The position numbers and the translations under genes are program-made. Source: an uncultured Dehalococcoidia bacterium (GTDB taxonomy: Bacteria > Chloroflexota > Dehalococcoidia > Lucifugimonadales > JADFKI01). Taken from it: 64,000 bases of DNA. The stretch lies in NCBI GenBank assembly GCA_958295865.1, contig CATQHF010000004.1:576379-640378 (forward strand). Direction: 5' to 3'. Below, in pieces: positions 27,207 to 36,830 of the stretch; positions within the stretch are counted from its first letter, which is position 1, and the number at the start of each line of letters is the position of its first letter. Under the pieces are notes generated by a model. That model was not told the DNA's origin. It saw only the letters and a list, made by a program, of their open reading frames with translations, and made no database searches.

Positions 27207-28619
27207 GTGAATGACAAAGCTCTATCTACGCTGCTTTCCATCGCGGGCTGGGATGCTGAGCGCGCCGCCGATGTGGAGATTTACGGGGGAACGGATCCGA
27301 TTTTGCGGACGCCGTTCCGCATTGGGGACACGGCGGCGGCAAGCCTGGCTGCGGTTGGGCTTGCCATCTCCGACATCTGGAAGCTGCGGACGGGGCGCGC
27401 TCAGAGTGTCAGGATCGACACCCGACAGGCGACCGCCTCACTGCGTAGCAGCCGATACATGACGCTGGACGGCAAGCCGGCCGCCGCCGAGCGGCACTCC
27501 CTGATGGGCGTGTACCCCGCCAAGAACGGGCGCTGGAGCTACCTCCACTGCAACTTTCCCAACCATCGGGACGCCGCGTTAAGCGTGCTGGGCGTGGAGG
27601 AGGACGGCGAGGCGGTGCGCCGCGCGGTAGCGGGCTGGGACGCCCTGCAACTGGAAGAGGCGATTATAGCGGCGAATGGCGCGGGCGGAATGGTGCGCTC
27701 TATGGAAGAGTGGGCGCGCCATCCTCAAGCCGCCGCCGTCGCCGCGCTGCCCCTGATGGAGATAGAAAAGATAGGCGACAGCCCGCCGCAAGCCCTGCCG
27801 GAAGGCGACAGGCCCCTGTCCGGAGTGCGCGTTCTCGACCTAACGCGCGTGCTGGCAGGCCCAACCTGCGCGCGCACCCTCGCCGAACACGGCGCGGATG
27901 TGATGAAGATTACCGCGCCCCACCTGCCCAGCATCACGGCGCAGGAATACGACACAGGGCACGGCAAGCTCAACGCCCATCTTGACCTACGACAAGAGCA
28001 AGATGTCGCTAGGCTACTGGATCTGGCAAGCGAAGCCGATGTGTTTTCTCAGGGATACCGGCCGGGAACACTCGCGCGGCGCGGTCTGTCGCCCGAAGCT
28101 CTGGCAAGCATAAGACCGGGTATCGTCTATGTATCGCTGTCAGCATTCGGGCGGGCGGGCCCTTGGGCGGCGCGGCGCGGCTTCGACACCGTCGTGCAAA
28201 CCGTGAGCGGCATAACCGATAGGCAGGGGAAGCTGTTCCCGGGCGCGCAGCCGGGCCCTCAATTCTATCCGGTGTCCGCGATAGACTACCTCACCGGCTA
28301 TCTGATGGCATTCGGCGCGGCGGTGGCGCTGGCGCGGCGCGCGCGCGAGGGCGGCAGCTGGCTAGTCAGCATCTCGCTGGCGCAGACGGGACGCTGGCTT
28401 GTGCAGCAAGGTCAGGTAGCGGAAGCCGAGCTGCGCGAAGTGCCGGAAGACTTCACGACGGAAGAGATAGCGCGCTGGTCGACGGTCAGCGATGTTCCAG
28501 GAGGCAGGCTAAGCCACCTGCGCCCCGTAGCGCAGCTTTCGGAGACGCAGCCCTATTGGGCGCGCCCCGCTGTGCCGCTAGGCTATCATGAACCGACCTG
28601 GCCCAAGCGTCCGGCATAG
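27207..28619 (+). CDS. Family III CoA-transferase (CaiB/BaiF)
   Basis: 470 aa with an internal LSGVRVLDLTRVLAGPTCARTLAEHGADVMKI motif. The start is GTG. Confidence 0.85.
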   Translation: MNDKALSTLLSIAGWDAERAADVEIYGGTDPILRTPFRIGDTAAASLAAVGLAISDIWKLRTGRAQSVRIDTRQATASLRSSRYMTLDGKPAAAERHSLMGVYPAKNGRWSYLHCNFPNHRDAALSVLGVEEDGEAVRRAVAGWDALQLEEAIIAANGAGGMVRSMEEWARHPQAAAVAALPLMEIEKIGDSPPQALPEGDRPLSGVRVLDLTRVLAGPTCARTLAEHGADVMKITAPHLPSITAQEYDTGHGKLNAHLDLRQEQDVARLLDLASEADVFSQGYRPGTLARRGLSPEALASIRPGIVYVSLSAFGRAGPWAARRGFDTVVQTVSGITDRQGKLFPGAQPGPQFYPVSAIDYLTGYLMAFGAAVALARRAREGGSWLVSISLAQTGRWLVQQGQVAEAELREVPEDFTTEEIARWSTVSDVPGGRLSHLRPVAQLSETQPYWARPAVPLGYHEPTWPKRPA

Positions 28620-28665
28620 ATCAAGCGAAACGACCGATACCAAACAGACGGAAGGAAATGACGCA

Positions 28666-28947
28666 ATGCTGTTTCTTGCGATAAGCAACCCACATCCAAC
28701 GCGCCCCTCGGAGGTGCGCGAGCAGCGAAAGCAATACTGGCCCTGGGCGCAGGACAAGCTCGACCGCGGCATAGCGCGCTTCGTGTTCGCGCGCCCCGGA
28801 CGCGGAGCCGTCGCGCTCTTCGACGTCGATTCCAACGAGGCGCTTCACAGGCTGCTAACCGAATGGGCGGAGATGATACCCGCCGAGTTCGATGTGTATC
28901 CCCTGCTGGATGCGGACGCGGCGGTTCAATTCCTGAACGAAGGCTGA
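28666..28947 (+). CDS. Muconolactone-isomerase-like small protein (ferredoxin-like fold)
   Basis: 93 aa: MLFLAISNP...RPGRGAVALFDVDSNEALHRLLTEWAEMIPAEFDVYPLL. This follows the muconolactone isomerase family pattern. SD ggaagga precedes the ATG at 28666. Confidence 0.55.
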   Translation: MLFLAISNPHPTRPSEVREQRKQYWPWAQDKLDRGIARFVFARPGRGAVALFDVDSNEALHRLLTEWAEMIPAEFDVYPLLDADAAVQFLNEG

Positions 28948-30101
28948 TCCGCGTATCCGGTCAGCTCCACATAGCCGCTGCCGCCGATAGGCTGCCCCCT
29001 CGATGTGCCTTGGATGCGAACCGCGCCCTCCCAATAGCGAACCAGAGTATCCAGCTCTTGGTCGCTGATGTACGGCGTAACCTCAATATCCAAGCCCTCT
29101 GCCGGTATCCGCAAGCGCCAGCGTGATGGGTAAGTCCCACCGTGCCCGCTCTGCCACCGCTCCAGCGCATCTACACGCACATCCCCCGGGCGAATGGGCG
29201 TGTACGCGCCGTTTGCGGCGACTATCGTGCCAAGCTCAAAGGCATCCCCGTCGCTATCCCTGGGACGAAGCCTGCCGTACATAATATCGCGCCCATCGGA
29301 CAGCTGAAGCGCGAACCAGTCCCAGCCGATATGCTCATCCGAAAGCCGCGTTGAACTCCACTCCCTATCCAGCCAGCTCATACCGCTAACAGAGTGCGAC
29401 CTGCCGTTCAGGATCACCGCGCCGCTTGTGGGCATGCGCGTCATAGAGTAGTAGTAGGACGCCGCCCCTGACGTGCCGCTCTTGCGACTGAACCCTGCGT
29501 CGCCATTCAGCACGATGCCCTTTACGCTGTCCAAGACAAGATCAATTTCAACGCCATCTTGGGCGGCGTGAAGTCGCATCGGCAGGGTGTCCTCGTCCTC
29601 GCCCACGGCAGACCAGTCCTCCAGCCAGACACGGAAGGGCGCGCCGACCGCTCCCGCCAAGCCGAGCGCGTCACGGCTGTATCGCTCGAAGGCGTAGAAC
29701 TCATCGTTCTCCACATCGGTAAGCGCGAAGTGCGCCGAATATATCTGCCGCGTCGCCCATTCCGAACTGCGCTCCACCTCATCGGGCGTTACGCCTATCC
29801 TGAAGAATGTGAGCTCATAACCGAAATGGCGTCCGGTGGGCGTGTCCAAGTTGCCGGTGTAGTACCACCATTCGATAGCGTAATCCGGGTGTGGCCCATG
29901 GTCTCGCGGAAAGTCGAACGGGCGCGGCGCGGTCACCTGCTTGAAGCCGTCGCCCTCGATACTCAGGGCATCGGCGACGGAGAGACTCGCCCCCAATTCG
30001 CCAGCGCCTCCGGGGCGGGCGAGCATATAGACGCCGCCGCCTAGCAAGGCGACGATTATCACTAGGCTTATCGCTATAACTGAAAGGCGCATTTGCATCA
30101 A
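28926..30101 (-). CDS. AttH/CrtC-like lipocalin-domain protein (hydroxyneurosporene-synthase family), exported
   Basis: It has an N-terminal TM/signal segment. The motif FDFPRDHGPHPDYAIEWWYYTGNL...GYELTFFR is the hallmark of AttH/CrtC-family proteins. Confidence 0.85.
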   Translation of the reverse strand: MMQMRLSVIAISLVIIVALLGGGVYMLARPGGAGELGASLSVADALSIEGDGFKQVTAPRPFDFPRDHGPHPDYAIEWWYYTGNLDTPTGRHFGYELTFFRIGVTPDEVERSSEWATRQIYSAHFALTDVENDEFYAFERYSRDALGLAGAVGAPFRVWLEDWSAVGEDEDTLPMRLHAAQDGVEIDLVLDSVKGIVLNGDAGFSRKSGTSGAASYYYSMTRMPTSGAVILNGRSHSVSGMSWLDREWSSTRLSDEHIGWDWFALQLSDGRDIMYGRLRPRDSDGDAFELGTIVAANGAYTPIRPGDVRVDALERWQSGHGGTYPSRWRLRIPAEGLDIEVTPYISDQELDTLVRYWEGAVRIQGTSRGQPIGGSGYVELTGYADQPSFRN

Positions 30102-30117
30102 TTAGGAATTAGGAATT

Positions 30118-30511
30118 GAGAAAATTGCATCAGTCCCTTCCCCCTTGATGGGGGAAGGCTACCAGTCTGGCGAGCGAGTCGGTCGCGCCAATTGTCCCTT
30201 CCCCCTTTGGGGGAAGGTTAGGATGGGGGCGAAAATGCTTACCCATCGACGGCTAAACTATACTAACAGGACTTACGCACTTGAATATGAATCCTACCCG
30301 AGATTGACCCGTTTCAAGTACGAAATCGCGCTCAACTGCGTAAGTCCTATTCTTAATTGGAGAAAGTCCCTTCCCCCTTGATGGGGGAAGGCTACCAGTC
30401 TGGCGAGCGAGTCGGTCGCGCCAATTGTCCCTTCCCCCTTTGGGGGAAGGTTAGGATGGGGGCGAAAACGCTTGCCCATCGACGGCTAAACTATACTAAT
30501 GCAATTTTCTC
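30118..30511. repeat. Composite repeat array (MITE-A, element D, MITE-A) between the attH-like gene and the ABC permease gene
   Basis: Two MITE-A units, each with the ctaccagtctggcgagcgagtcggtcgcgccaatt linker, are separated by element D (30267..30349). The outer termini are gagaaaattgcatcagt and actaatgcaattttctc. Confidence 0.85.
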
Positions 30512-30535
30512 ATGAATTGATTTACGGGATCGCTT

Positions 30536-33103
30536 CTATTCTTCACGGAGCGCGTGGGCGGGCGATGCGCGAGACATGACGATGGCGGGATAGACGGATG
30601 CCAGAAGCGCGGCGACAGCGGCGATTACGACCGCTTGAAGCATCACAATGGGGTAGATTTCCATGTCCATCGACCAGCCAAACGACCTGCGATTGACCAC
30701 GAATATCAGCGCCGCCGCCTCTATCAGTCCCAACGGCAAGGACAGCACGCCCGCGATTACGCCCATCAGCCCGGTCTGCGATGTGAACATGAGCCACACC
30801 TGCCTTGGCGTGAAGCCGATGGCGCGCAGCGTGCCGAACTCCATGGATCGCTCCATCTGCATCGCCATCAGCGCGCTCAGCACGCCCACGAATGCCACCG
30901 AAACGGACAGCGCTCGCACGACGGATGTGATGGCGAAGCTTCTGTCGAATACCGCCAGCGCAGCCGCCTTCAATTCGGCATTAGAGCGAATCTCAACTTC
31001 TCTGTCGCCGCCAATGGCGCGCTCAATCGACGCTGTGAGGTCGTCCAAGCCGACGCCGTCGGCAGCGTTGACGCCAATCCCTGAGAACCTGTCGTCGTCC
31101 CAAAAGCGTTGATACGCGCTGCGGCTCATCATCACCCTGCCGTTGACCGAGTTGCGGTAATCGTAGTAGATGCCCGCAATCCGAAAATCCCTATCGCCCT
31201 CGGATGTGGACAGCCGAACCGTCGAGCCGACATCCTTATCGTTATGATAGGCGTAAGGCTCGGACACGGCTACGGCGTCGCCGCTTTGCAGGTCGTCCCA
31301 GATGAGCGCGGGGCTGCCCTCCTTGAACGAGTTGTAGCGAATAAAATTGTCGTAGCGAGTGCCAAGCGCCAGCAGTTCCACATCGCCGTCCGGCGAGTGT
31401 ACGCGCGCGTTGCGAACGGTGCTGACGCTCTCCACGCCCTCAATCGCCCGTATATCCTCCAGCACGTGCGGCGCAAGCCCCGTGTTCGTCCCATCCGAGC
31501 GCAGCGACGCCGGAGATATGTATATGTCCGAGCTGAGCGAGTTGTCCAGCCACTGCTCCACCGTGCCGCGAAAGCTCCGCACCATTGTATCTATGGATAT
31601 GGTGATGGATATGGCTACGGCCAGCGCCGCGATAGCGACGGCTGTGCGGCTGAGCGAGGCGACTATGCCGCGCGCCGCCATCGCCCCCATCGCGCCGAAG
31701 ACTTTGCCCAAGACGGGGGCGAGCAGCCTGCTGAACAAAACCACGCACGCGGGCGTGAGTATCGCGCAGCCAAGAACAAGCGCGGCAAGCCCGACGAAGG
31801 TAAGCATCAGCGCGCCGCCGGGCAGAAATATCAGCGCCGCGCCCACGACTATCATGCTGAAGCCAATGCCCGAAGTGAACGGCACGACGCTCTTGAAGCG
31901 CGCCTCAAGGTGCGAGCGGGACAACGCCTTGCCCGCAGGAACGCCGGTCGCTTCCAGCGCGGGCACGAATGCCGCCAGCAGCGTCGCCGCGACGCCCAGC
32001 AGCCCGCCCTTTGCCAGCGACCACATGGGAATAGTGAGGTCCTGAATGGACACCACGAAGAACAAGTCGCTGATAGTCTGCGTTATGATACGCAAGATGC
32101 CGCGCCCAATCAGTATCCCAAGCAGTACGCCTATTACCGAGCTAATAAGTCCGATGAGCAGCGCCTCGCCGAGTACGAGCGCGAATATCTGCCGCCTCGT
32201 AACGCCCAGCGCCCGCAATGCCCCTATGACGGGGCGGCGGCGCACTACCGAGAATGTCATCGTGTTGTAGATGAGAAACCCGCCCACGATTAGCCCCAGC
32301 AGGCTTATCATGAACAGGTTGTCGTCGAAGGATGCGGTCAACTGCTCGATGGTTTCGGAGTTGGACGCCGCGCTGACCAGCGCGGCCTCGGGCGGCAGCG
32401 CGGAGCGTATGCGTTCCGGCAGCTCGCCCTGTTCGCCCGGCGGAACGATGACGTCGATGCGGCTTAGCCGCCCCTCGAATTCGGTCAGCTCCTGCGCCGT
32501 GGATATGTCCATTATGAGCAGGTCTCGCAGCGACTCCCTGCTCAAATCGTTGTGCGGCGTAACCAGCCCGACGATTGTGATTTCGCGCCCGACGCCCGCT
32601 ATCTCCGGCATTATGACATCGCCCGCGCTCAAAGCGAGGGATGCGGCAGTCTCCACCGACATCAGGGCGGTGGCAGGCTTGGCAAGCAGAGCGGCGGTGT
32701 ATCTTACGGGAGCGTTCGACGCCCCGACATAAGAGCCGCCACCCGTGTATGGGCGAAACCGCGAGTCGGCGAACGGGTCGACGCCCAGAATACGAAGCGT
32801 CCGATTGTCGCGCAGATAGGCGTAGCCCTCGACGACCGGAGCGGTGGCTTTCACCCCCATATCCACCCGCAGCGTAGAATAGATATGCTCAGGAAGCCCG
32901 CCCGGCCCGCCGATAATCTGGTGCGTCGCCTTGCCCGCGACGGCATCGCCGGAGATGCTGAACGCGCGCTTAGCGCTCTGATTTCCCAAGTCTATGGCAA
33001 CGACAATGGCGACGCCCAGCGTTATGCCCAAGACCGAAAGCGCCATCTGCCAAGGTCGATTCAAGAGGTAGCGCATGCTGGACAGCCATAGCAGCTTGCT
33101 CAT
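30536..33103 (-). CDS. MacB/FtsX-type ABC transporter permease (two FtsX domains)
   Basis: 855 aa. Two 4-TM FtsX-like blocks are each preceded by a large extracytoplasmic domain. It overlaps the upstream ATPase gene by 4 nt. Confidence 0.9.
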   Translation of the reverse strand: MSKLLWLSSMRYLLNRPWQMALSVLGITLGVAIVVAIDLGNQSAKRAFSISGDAVAGKATHQIIGGPGGLPEHIYSTLRVDMGVKATAPVVEGYAYLRDNRTLRILGVDPFADSRFRPYTGGGSYVGASNAPVRYTAALLAKPATALMSVETAASLALSAGDVIMPEIAGVGREITIVGLVTPHNDLSRESLRDLLIMDISTAQELTEFEGRLSRIDVIVPPGEQGELPERIRSALPPEAALVSAASNSETIEQLTASFDDNLFMISLLGLIVGGFLIYNTMTFSVVRRRPVIGALRALGVTRRQIFALVLGEALLIGLISSVIGVLLGILIGRGILRIITQTISDLFFVVSIQDLTIPMWSLAKGGLLGVAATLLAAFVPALEATGVPAGKALSRSHLEARFKSVVPFTSGIGFSMIVVGAALIFLPGGALMLTFVGLAALVLGCAILTPACVVLFSRLLAPVLGKVFGAMGAMAARGIVASLSRTAVAIAALAVAISITISIDTMVRSFRGTVEQWLDNSLSSDIYISPASLRSDGTNTGLAPHVLEDIRAIEGVESVSTVRNARVHSPDGDVELLALGTRYDNFIRYNSFKEGSPALIWDDLQSGDAVAVSEPYAYHNDKDVGSTVRLSTSEGDRDFRIAGIYYDYRNSVNGRVMMSRSAYQRFWDDDRFSGIGVNAADGVGLDDLTASIERAIGGDREVEIRSNAELKAAALAVFDRSFAITSVVRALSVSVAFVGVLSALMAMQMERSMEFGTLRAIGFTPRQVWLMFTSQTGLMGVIAGVLSLPLGLIEAAALIFVVNRRSFGWSMDMEIYPIVMLQAVVIAAVAALLASVYPAIVMSRASPAHALREE

Positions 33104-33777
33104 CGCGCGGTTCGTTCCACCAGACGCCCGTCTTCCATCGTCAGGACACGGGTCGCCATGCTAACGACGGCGTCGCTGTGAGAGACGACGACCATCGTCT
33201 TGCCGCCACCGCGAACCAGCCTGTCCAGAAGCGACATGACCGACATTCCGGTATCGGCGTCGAGATTGCCGGTGGGTTCATCCGCGAGAATGAGCGGCGG
33301 GTCATGTACAAGCGCGCGGGCGATTGCCACCCTTTGCTGCTCTCCGCCCGATAGCCTGTCCGGGTAGCTGCCCGCGCGATCTCGCATGCCGACCTGCTCC
33401 AGCATTGCCTCCACCCTAGCGCGCGCGCCATCAGCGGCATAGCCGTTCAGCTGGAGCGGCAAGAGCAGGTTCTCCATGATATTCAGCGTCGGGATAAGAT
33501 TGAAGAACTGGAAGACAAACCCGATATTCTTGCGCCTGAACAGTGTGCGCTCCCTCTCCGACAGCCCGGTAATAGGCACAGAGTCGATCAGGACATCGCC
33601 GCCCGTCGGAGTATCGATGCCGCTGATAAGATTTAGCAAGGTAGTCTTGCCCGAACCGCTAGGCCCCGCCAAAGCCACAAACTCCCCGCGCCAAATATCC
33701 GCATCCGCGCGCCGAATCACAAAGCGCGACTCATCCCCTTCCTCATAGCGCTTAGTCAGCCCGCGCATCGCCACCAT
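33100..33777 (-). CDS. ABC transporter ATP-binding protein (LolD/MacB-type)
   Basis: Walker [10 protein letters not shown], signature [15 protein letters not shown] and Walker [13 protein letters not shown] prefer the ATG at 33777 ([12 protein letters not shown]) over the track start at 33894. Confidence 0.9.
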   Translation of the reverse strand: MVAMRGLTKRYEEGDESRFVIRRADADIWRGEFVALAGPSGSGKTTLLNLISGIDTPTGGDVLIDSVPITGLSERERTLFRRKNIGFVFQFFNLIPTLNIMENLLLPLQLNGYAADGARARVEAMLEQVGMRDRAGSYPDRLSGGEQQRVAIARALVHDPPLILADEPTGNLDADTGMSVMSLLDRLVRGGGKTMVVVSHSDAVVSMATRVLTMEDGRLVERTAR

Positions 33778-33856
33778 AGGCTCGCGGCCGTCGGCAATCC
33801 GAGCGTCGCATCCTAAATCGACGCTACCATGCCGCCGCGCAGTGGAGCCTTGCCGT

Positions 33857-34768
33857 CTATGGCTGCCGGTAAATCGCATATACGGAAACCGCAAAGTAGT
33901 CGCGCAGCAACGGCACGCGCAGCAACAAGTTGGAAAGTCGCCAGAGCGGATGCCAGCGTTTCAACTGCGGGTTCACCACCAACCGCTCCGTTATCCATCC
34001 TATCTCTTCGACATAACGAAGAAACTCCGAAAACTTCATCTTGTTCATTCCTTCCCGCGTATCTTCGAACGAATGTGCCTCGTCTGCCACAGGTCGCCAG
34101 AACTCGCGCCTGAGACGCATAAGCGCGTCTTCCGAAAACAGGACCGCCACCCAGGGTATGCGGAATCTGAAGAAACGGTTCAAGTGGTCTCCGATGGGTG
34201 AATGAAACAGTGGGCCAAACGCTAGAATTATTTTACCCCCTCCCGAACCCATGCTTGTGTTTTTTAGAATGTCATCGATACGGCGGAGGCAATCGCGCGG
34301 GCGTTCCACATGCTCGAACATTTCGTGCGAAAGTACGATGTCGTACTTCTTATCGTTCGGCATATCATGAACATTCATGCACTCGAATGTGACTTTGTCC
34401 CGCAGCTGCGCCTCCTCGGCACAGCGCTTTGCGGTTTCGATGTAATACGAGTCTTTATCGATACCCGTCACATGTTCGCACCCGCGCCGCGCCAGCTCCA
34501 AGGCCATCTCGCCCATGCCGCACCCCATATCCAAGTAGCGCATAGCCGGATCGATGGGGATTTGGTTGTCCAGGCGGCGGTTCCATTTTTCGAAGCGAGC
34601 CTTCGCGTATTCCATGTTCAGGTCACGCTCAAGCTGATGAAGCTCCTCCGATTCGGGGTGCCTGTCATGCACGAACAGCCGAAGCAGCCTGTAATCGATA
34701 GTCTTGCCAAACAATTTGTGTGTCCTTCCTTCGTTGCGTGGACATTCCCGCCATTCCCGCCCGCTCAC
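33857..34768 (-). CDS. Class I SAM-dependent methyltransferase
   Basis: Motif I YLDMGCGMGEMALELARRG, then DIVLSHEMFEHV. The start is uncertain. The track start (GTG at 34768) lies inside a 21-bp tandem repeat. An alternative TTG at 34714 is preceded by aaggaagg. Confidence 0.8.
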   Translation of the reverse strand: MSGREWRECPRNEGRTHKLFGKTIDYRLLRLFVHDRHPESEELHQLERDLNMEYAKARFEKWNRRLDNQIPIDPAMRYLDMGCGMGEMALELARRGCEHVTGIDKDSYYIETAKRCAEEAQLRDKVTFECMNVHDMPNDKKYDIVLSHEMFEHVERPRDCLRRIDDILKNTSMGSGGGKIILAFGPLFHSPIGDHLNRFFRFRIPWVAVLFSEDALMRLRREFWRPVADEAHSFEDTREGMNKMKFSEFLRYVEEIGWITERLVVNPQLKRWHPLWRLSNLLLRVPLLRDYFAVSVYAIYRQP

Positions 34769-34912
34769 CCGTCATTCCCGCCCGCTCACCCGTCATTCCC
34801 GCCCGTTCACCCGTCATTCCCGTGAAAACGGGAATCCAGAACTTCAGAATGTAGGTACTTTCGCATATTTTAGGCTATCTCAAAGCGCTGGATTCCTGCG
34901 GAAGCAGGAATG
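34744..34912. repeat. Three 21-bp tandem units fused to a MITE-B fragment (reverse orientation)
   Basis: cattcccgcccgctcacccgt occurs three times (34752..34814). It is followed by cattcccgtgaaaacgggaatccagaacttcagaatgtaggtactttcgcatattttaggctatctcaaagcgctggattcctgcggaagcaggaatgac. Confidence 0.8.
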
Positions 34913-34955
34913 ACAATGACAAGGGAAAACCCCTCGCCGCCGATATTCTCATCCG

Positions 34956-36407
34956 TTACGACGGGCTGAAATCGGCATTGCCCTCGTCCACATAGGTCGT
35001 ATTGCCGACGGTGGAGACGGTGACGCTCTGACGATATGTGCCGTCATCGAAGCGACGCTCGGCGCGGTGAGTAGTCGTCTGCCAGTCCATCGCGCCCCCA
35101 TCCGCCAGCGCCTCGCTGAGGACGCGCCCGTCCATCGCCTCCCCGGACATGCCAAGCAGTTCAAGTATAGTCGGCGCGAGGTCTATGTTCCCGGTGGGAC
35201 TTTGAACGCGCGCGCCGCGCTTGAAGCCGCCGCCCCGCGCAAAAAGCGCATTCCGCATCTCATGGCGGCTCATAGAGCCGTGCTGACCGAGTTCCGCGCC
35301 CCCGCCCGTGGAGAAGACATAGCCGAGGAAACCTGCGTCATTAGCGCGCGAATCCCATCGGAACGACATCGCAAGGTCCGGCGCGCGCCGACCCTGCACG
35401 CCAATCAGCGATGCGGGCAGCGCGCCCTCGATGCGCCCCACCGCGTCGGAGGCGACTATCGCGCCGCACCAGCGCTGCCCCATAAGCCACGACGCAAGCC
35501 TGTCTGCCGTTGTCGCATCGCTGCCGTGCGCGTAGAAGAGCGTGGAGCCGCCGTTAGTGGCTACCGTAACTCCACCCGCCTCGTCGCCGGGCGGGAAGCC
35601 CGCATCGCGCAGCAGCGTTTCTATATCTACGACCTCGCGTATCGTGGAATAGCCATGGTCGGAGACGACCATCACATCGGTATCGGCGTCCATTCCGTTG
35701 GCGCTCAGCCAAGACAGCAGCCTGCCGAACTGCTCATCCGCCTCACGCAGCGCGCGCGCGCTCACCGCCGCTCCGACGCCGTGTGCATGCTGCGCGTGGT
35801 CAGGCTCGGAAAACCACAGAAACGACACCGCCGGCTTGCGCTCCGCAAGCACATACTCGGTCATTATGTCCACGGCGCGCGCGAGCCTGTCGGCGTTCGT
35901 CTCGCCCTCCCCGGGCCAATCGCCGAACCGCCGCGTAATCTCGCTGTGCAGCGCGGGCGGCAGGCAGAAGTCGGGGTGTATCGTAGCGCCGCCGACGCGC
36001 GCGGCGTTGGGGTTGTGCAGATAGGCGTTGCCGCTAGTGCCAGTGCCTACGGCGACATACTCGCGTCCGTGCCGCGAAAGCGTGTCTGCGAGCGTGGGCG
36101 ACAGCATCACCGGCGTCTTGAGCGCAACCTTGGCGAGTGTCGGCTCCATCGCGGAGAACGCATTGTACGGGTCGAAATCGCGCATCACCAGCATATTCGC
36201 CGCGATGCCATGCCCGCCCGGATGACGCCCGGTCACCATGCTGGCGGCGTTGATGCGAGTTACTGAGGGATAGACGGCGTGATGGTTGTCGAAGGCAACG
36301 CCGTCATTAGCAAACGCCGCAAGGTTGGGCATAAGCGCGGGCGTCGCCTGCGCCGGCTGTAGTCCGTCAAATGCGACTATGATTATTGACCGCTGTGTAG
36401 AGCGCAT
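34956..36407 (-). CDS. Alkaline-phosphatase-superfamily nucleotide pyrophosphatase/phosphodiesterase
   Basis: IIIVAFDGLQP at the N-terminus (metal-ligand Asp), PSVTRINAASMVTG (nucleophile region) and VMVVSDHGYS (DHG metal site). Confidence 0.8.
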   Translation of the reverse strand: MRSTQRSIIIVAFDGLQPAQATPALMPNLAAFANDGVAFDNHHAVYPSVTRINAASMVTGRHPGGHGIAANMLVMRDFDPYNAFSAMEPTLAKVALKTPVMLSPTLADTLSRHGREYVAVGTGTSGNAYLHNPNAARVGGATIHPDFCLPPALHSEITRRFGDWPGEGETNADRLARAVDIMTEYVLAERKPAVSFLWFSEPDHAQHAHGVGAAVSARALREADEQFGRLLSWLSANGMDADTDVMVVSDHGYSTIREVVDIETLLRDAGFPPGDEAGGVTVATNGGSTLFYAHGSDATTADRLASWLMGQRWCGAIVASDAVGRIEGALPASLIGVQGRRAPDLAMSFRWDSRANDAGFLGYVFSTGGGAELGQHGSMSRHEMRNALFARGGGFKRGARVQSPTGNIDLAPTILELLGMSGEAMDGRVLSEALADGGAMDWQTTTHRAERRFDDGTYRQSVTVSTVGNTTYVDEGNADFSPS

Positions 36408-36580
36408 ATCACCTCGCCGTTTCTTGTATTAAATCTATGCAAGATATTAGAATTGTGCAAAAAGTTGAAACAAGACCGCCGTATGGATTGTATGTAATGT
36501 TGCCTTGTGCTGCAATTATATTGTCCCTTCAAGGACGCTGACGAGAAGATAAATGGGCAGGATATGGGAGTTCTGAACCG

Positions 36581-36790
36581 GTGAACGCTAAGTTCGGGAA
36601 TAGCCTCAGATGGGCATGGTTGGACGCGCGGGCGATGCCGACTTTGGTGGCATCCCTGCTTGTGGGCGCCGTCGCGCTGGTGTGCGGAGTAGTCGCGGTG
36701 TTGTCAGGGGGCTTGGTCGTGGGCGTCGTCGTGCTGCTGTGGGGAGCAGTCGCAATGCTGTCGGCCGGCTCGACCGCCGGGGAAATCTGA
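36581..36790 (+). CDS. Hypothetical small hydrophobic protein with an internal duplication
   Basis: 69 aa with two similar hydrophobic segments (VGAVALVCGVVAVLSGG and VGVVVLLWGAVAMLSAG). The start is GTG, and it ends 40 nt before the FAD oxidase gene. Coding status is uncertain. Confidence 0.3.
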   Translation: MNAKFGNSLRWAWLDARAMPTLVASLLVGAVALVCGVVAVLSGGLVVGVVVLLWGAVAMLSAGSTAGEI

Positions 36791-36830
36791 ACAAGCCGGG
36801 CCCTCACATGTCCGTGTCAAGGAGCGTCGT

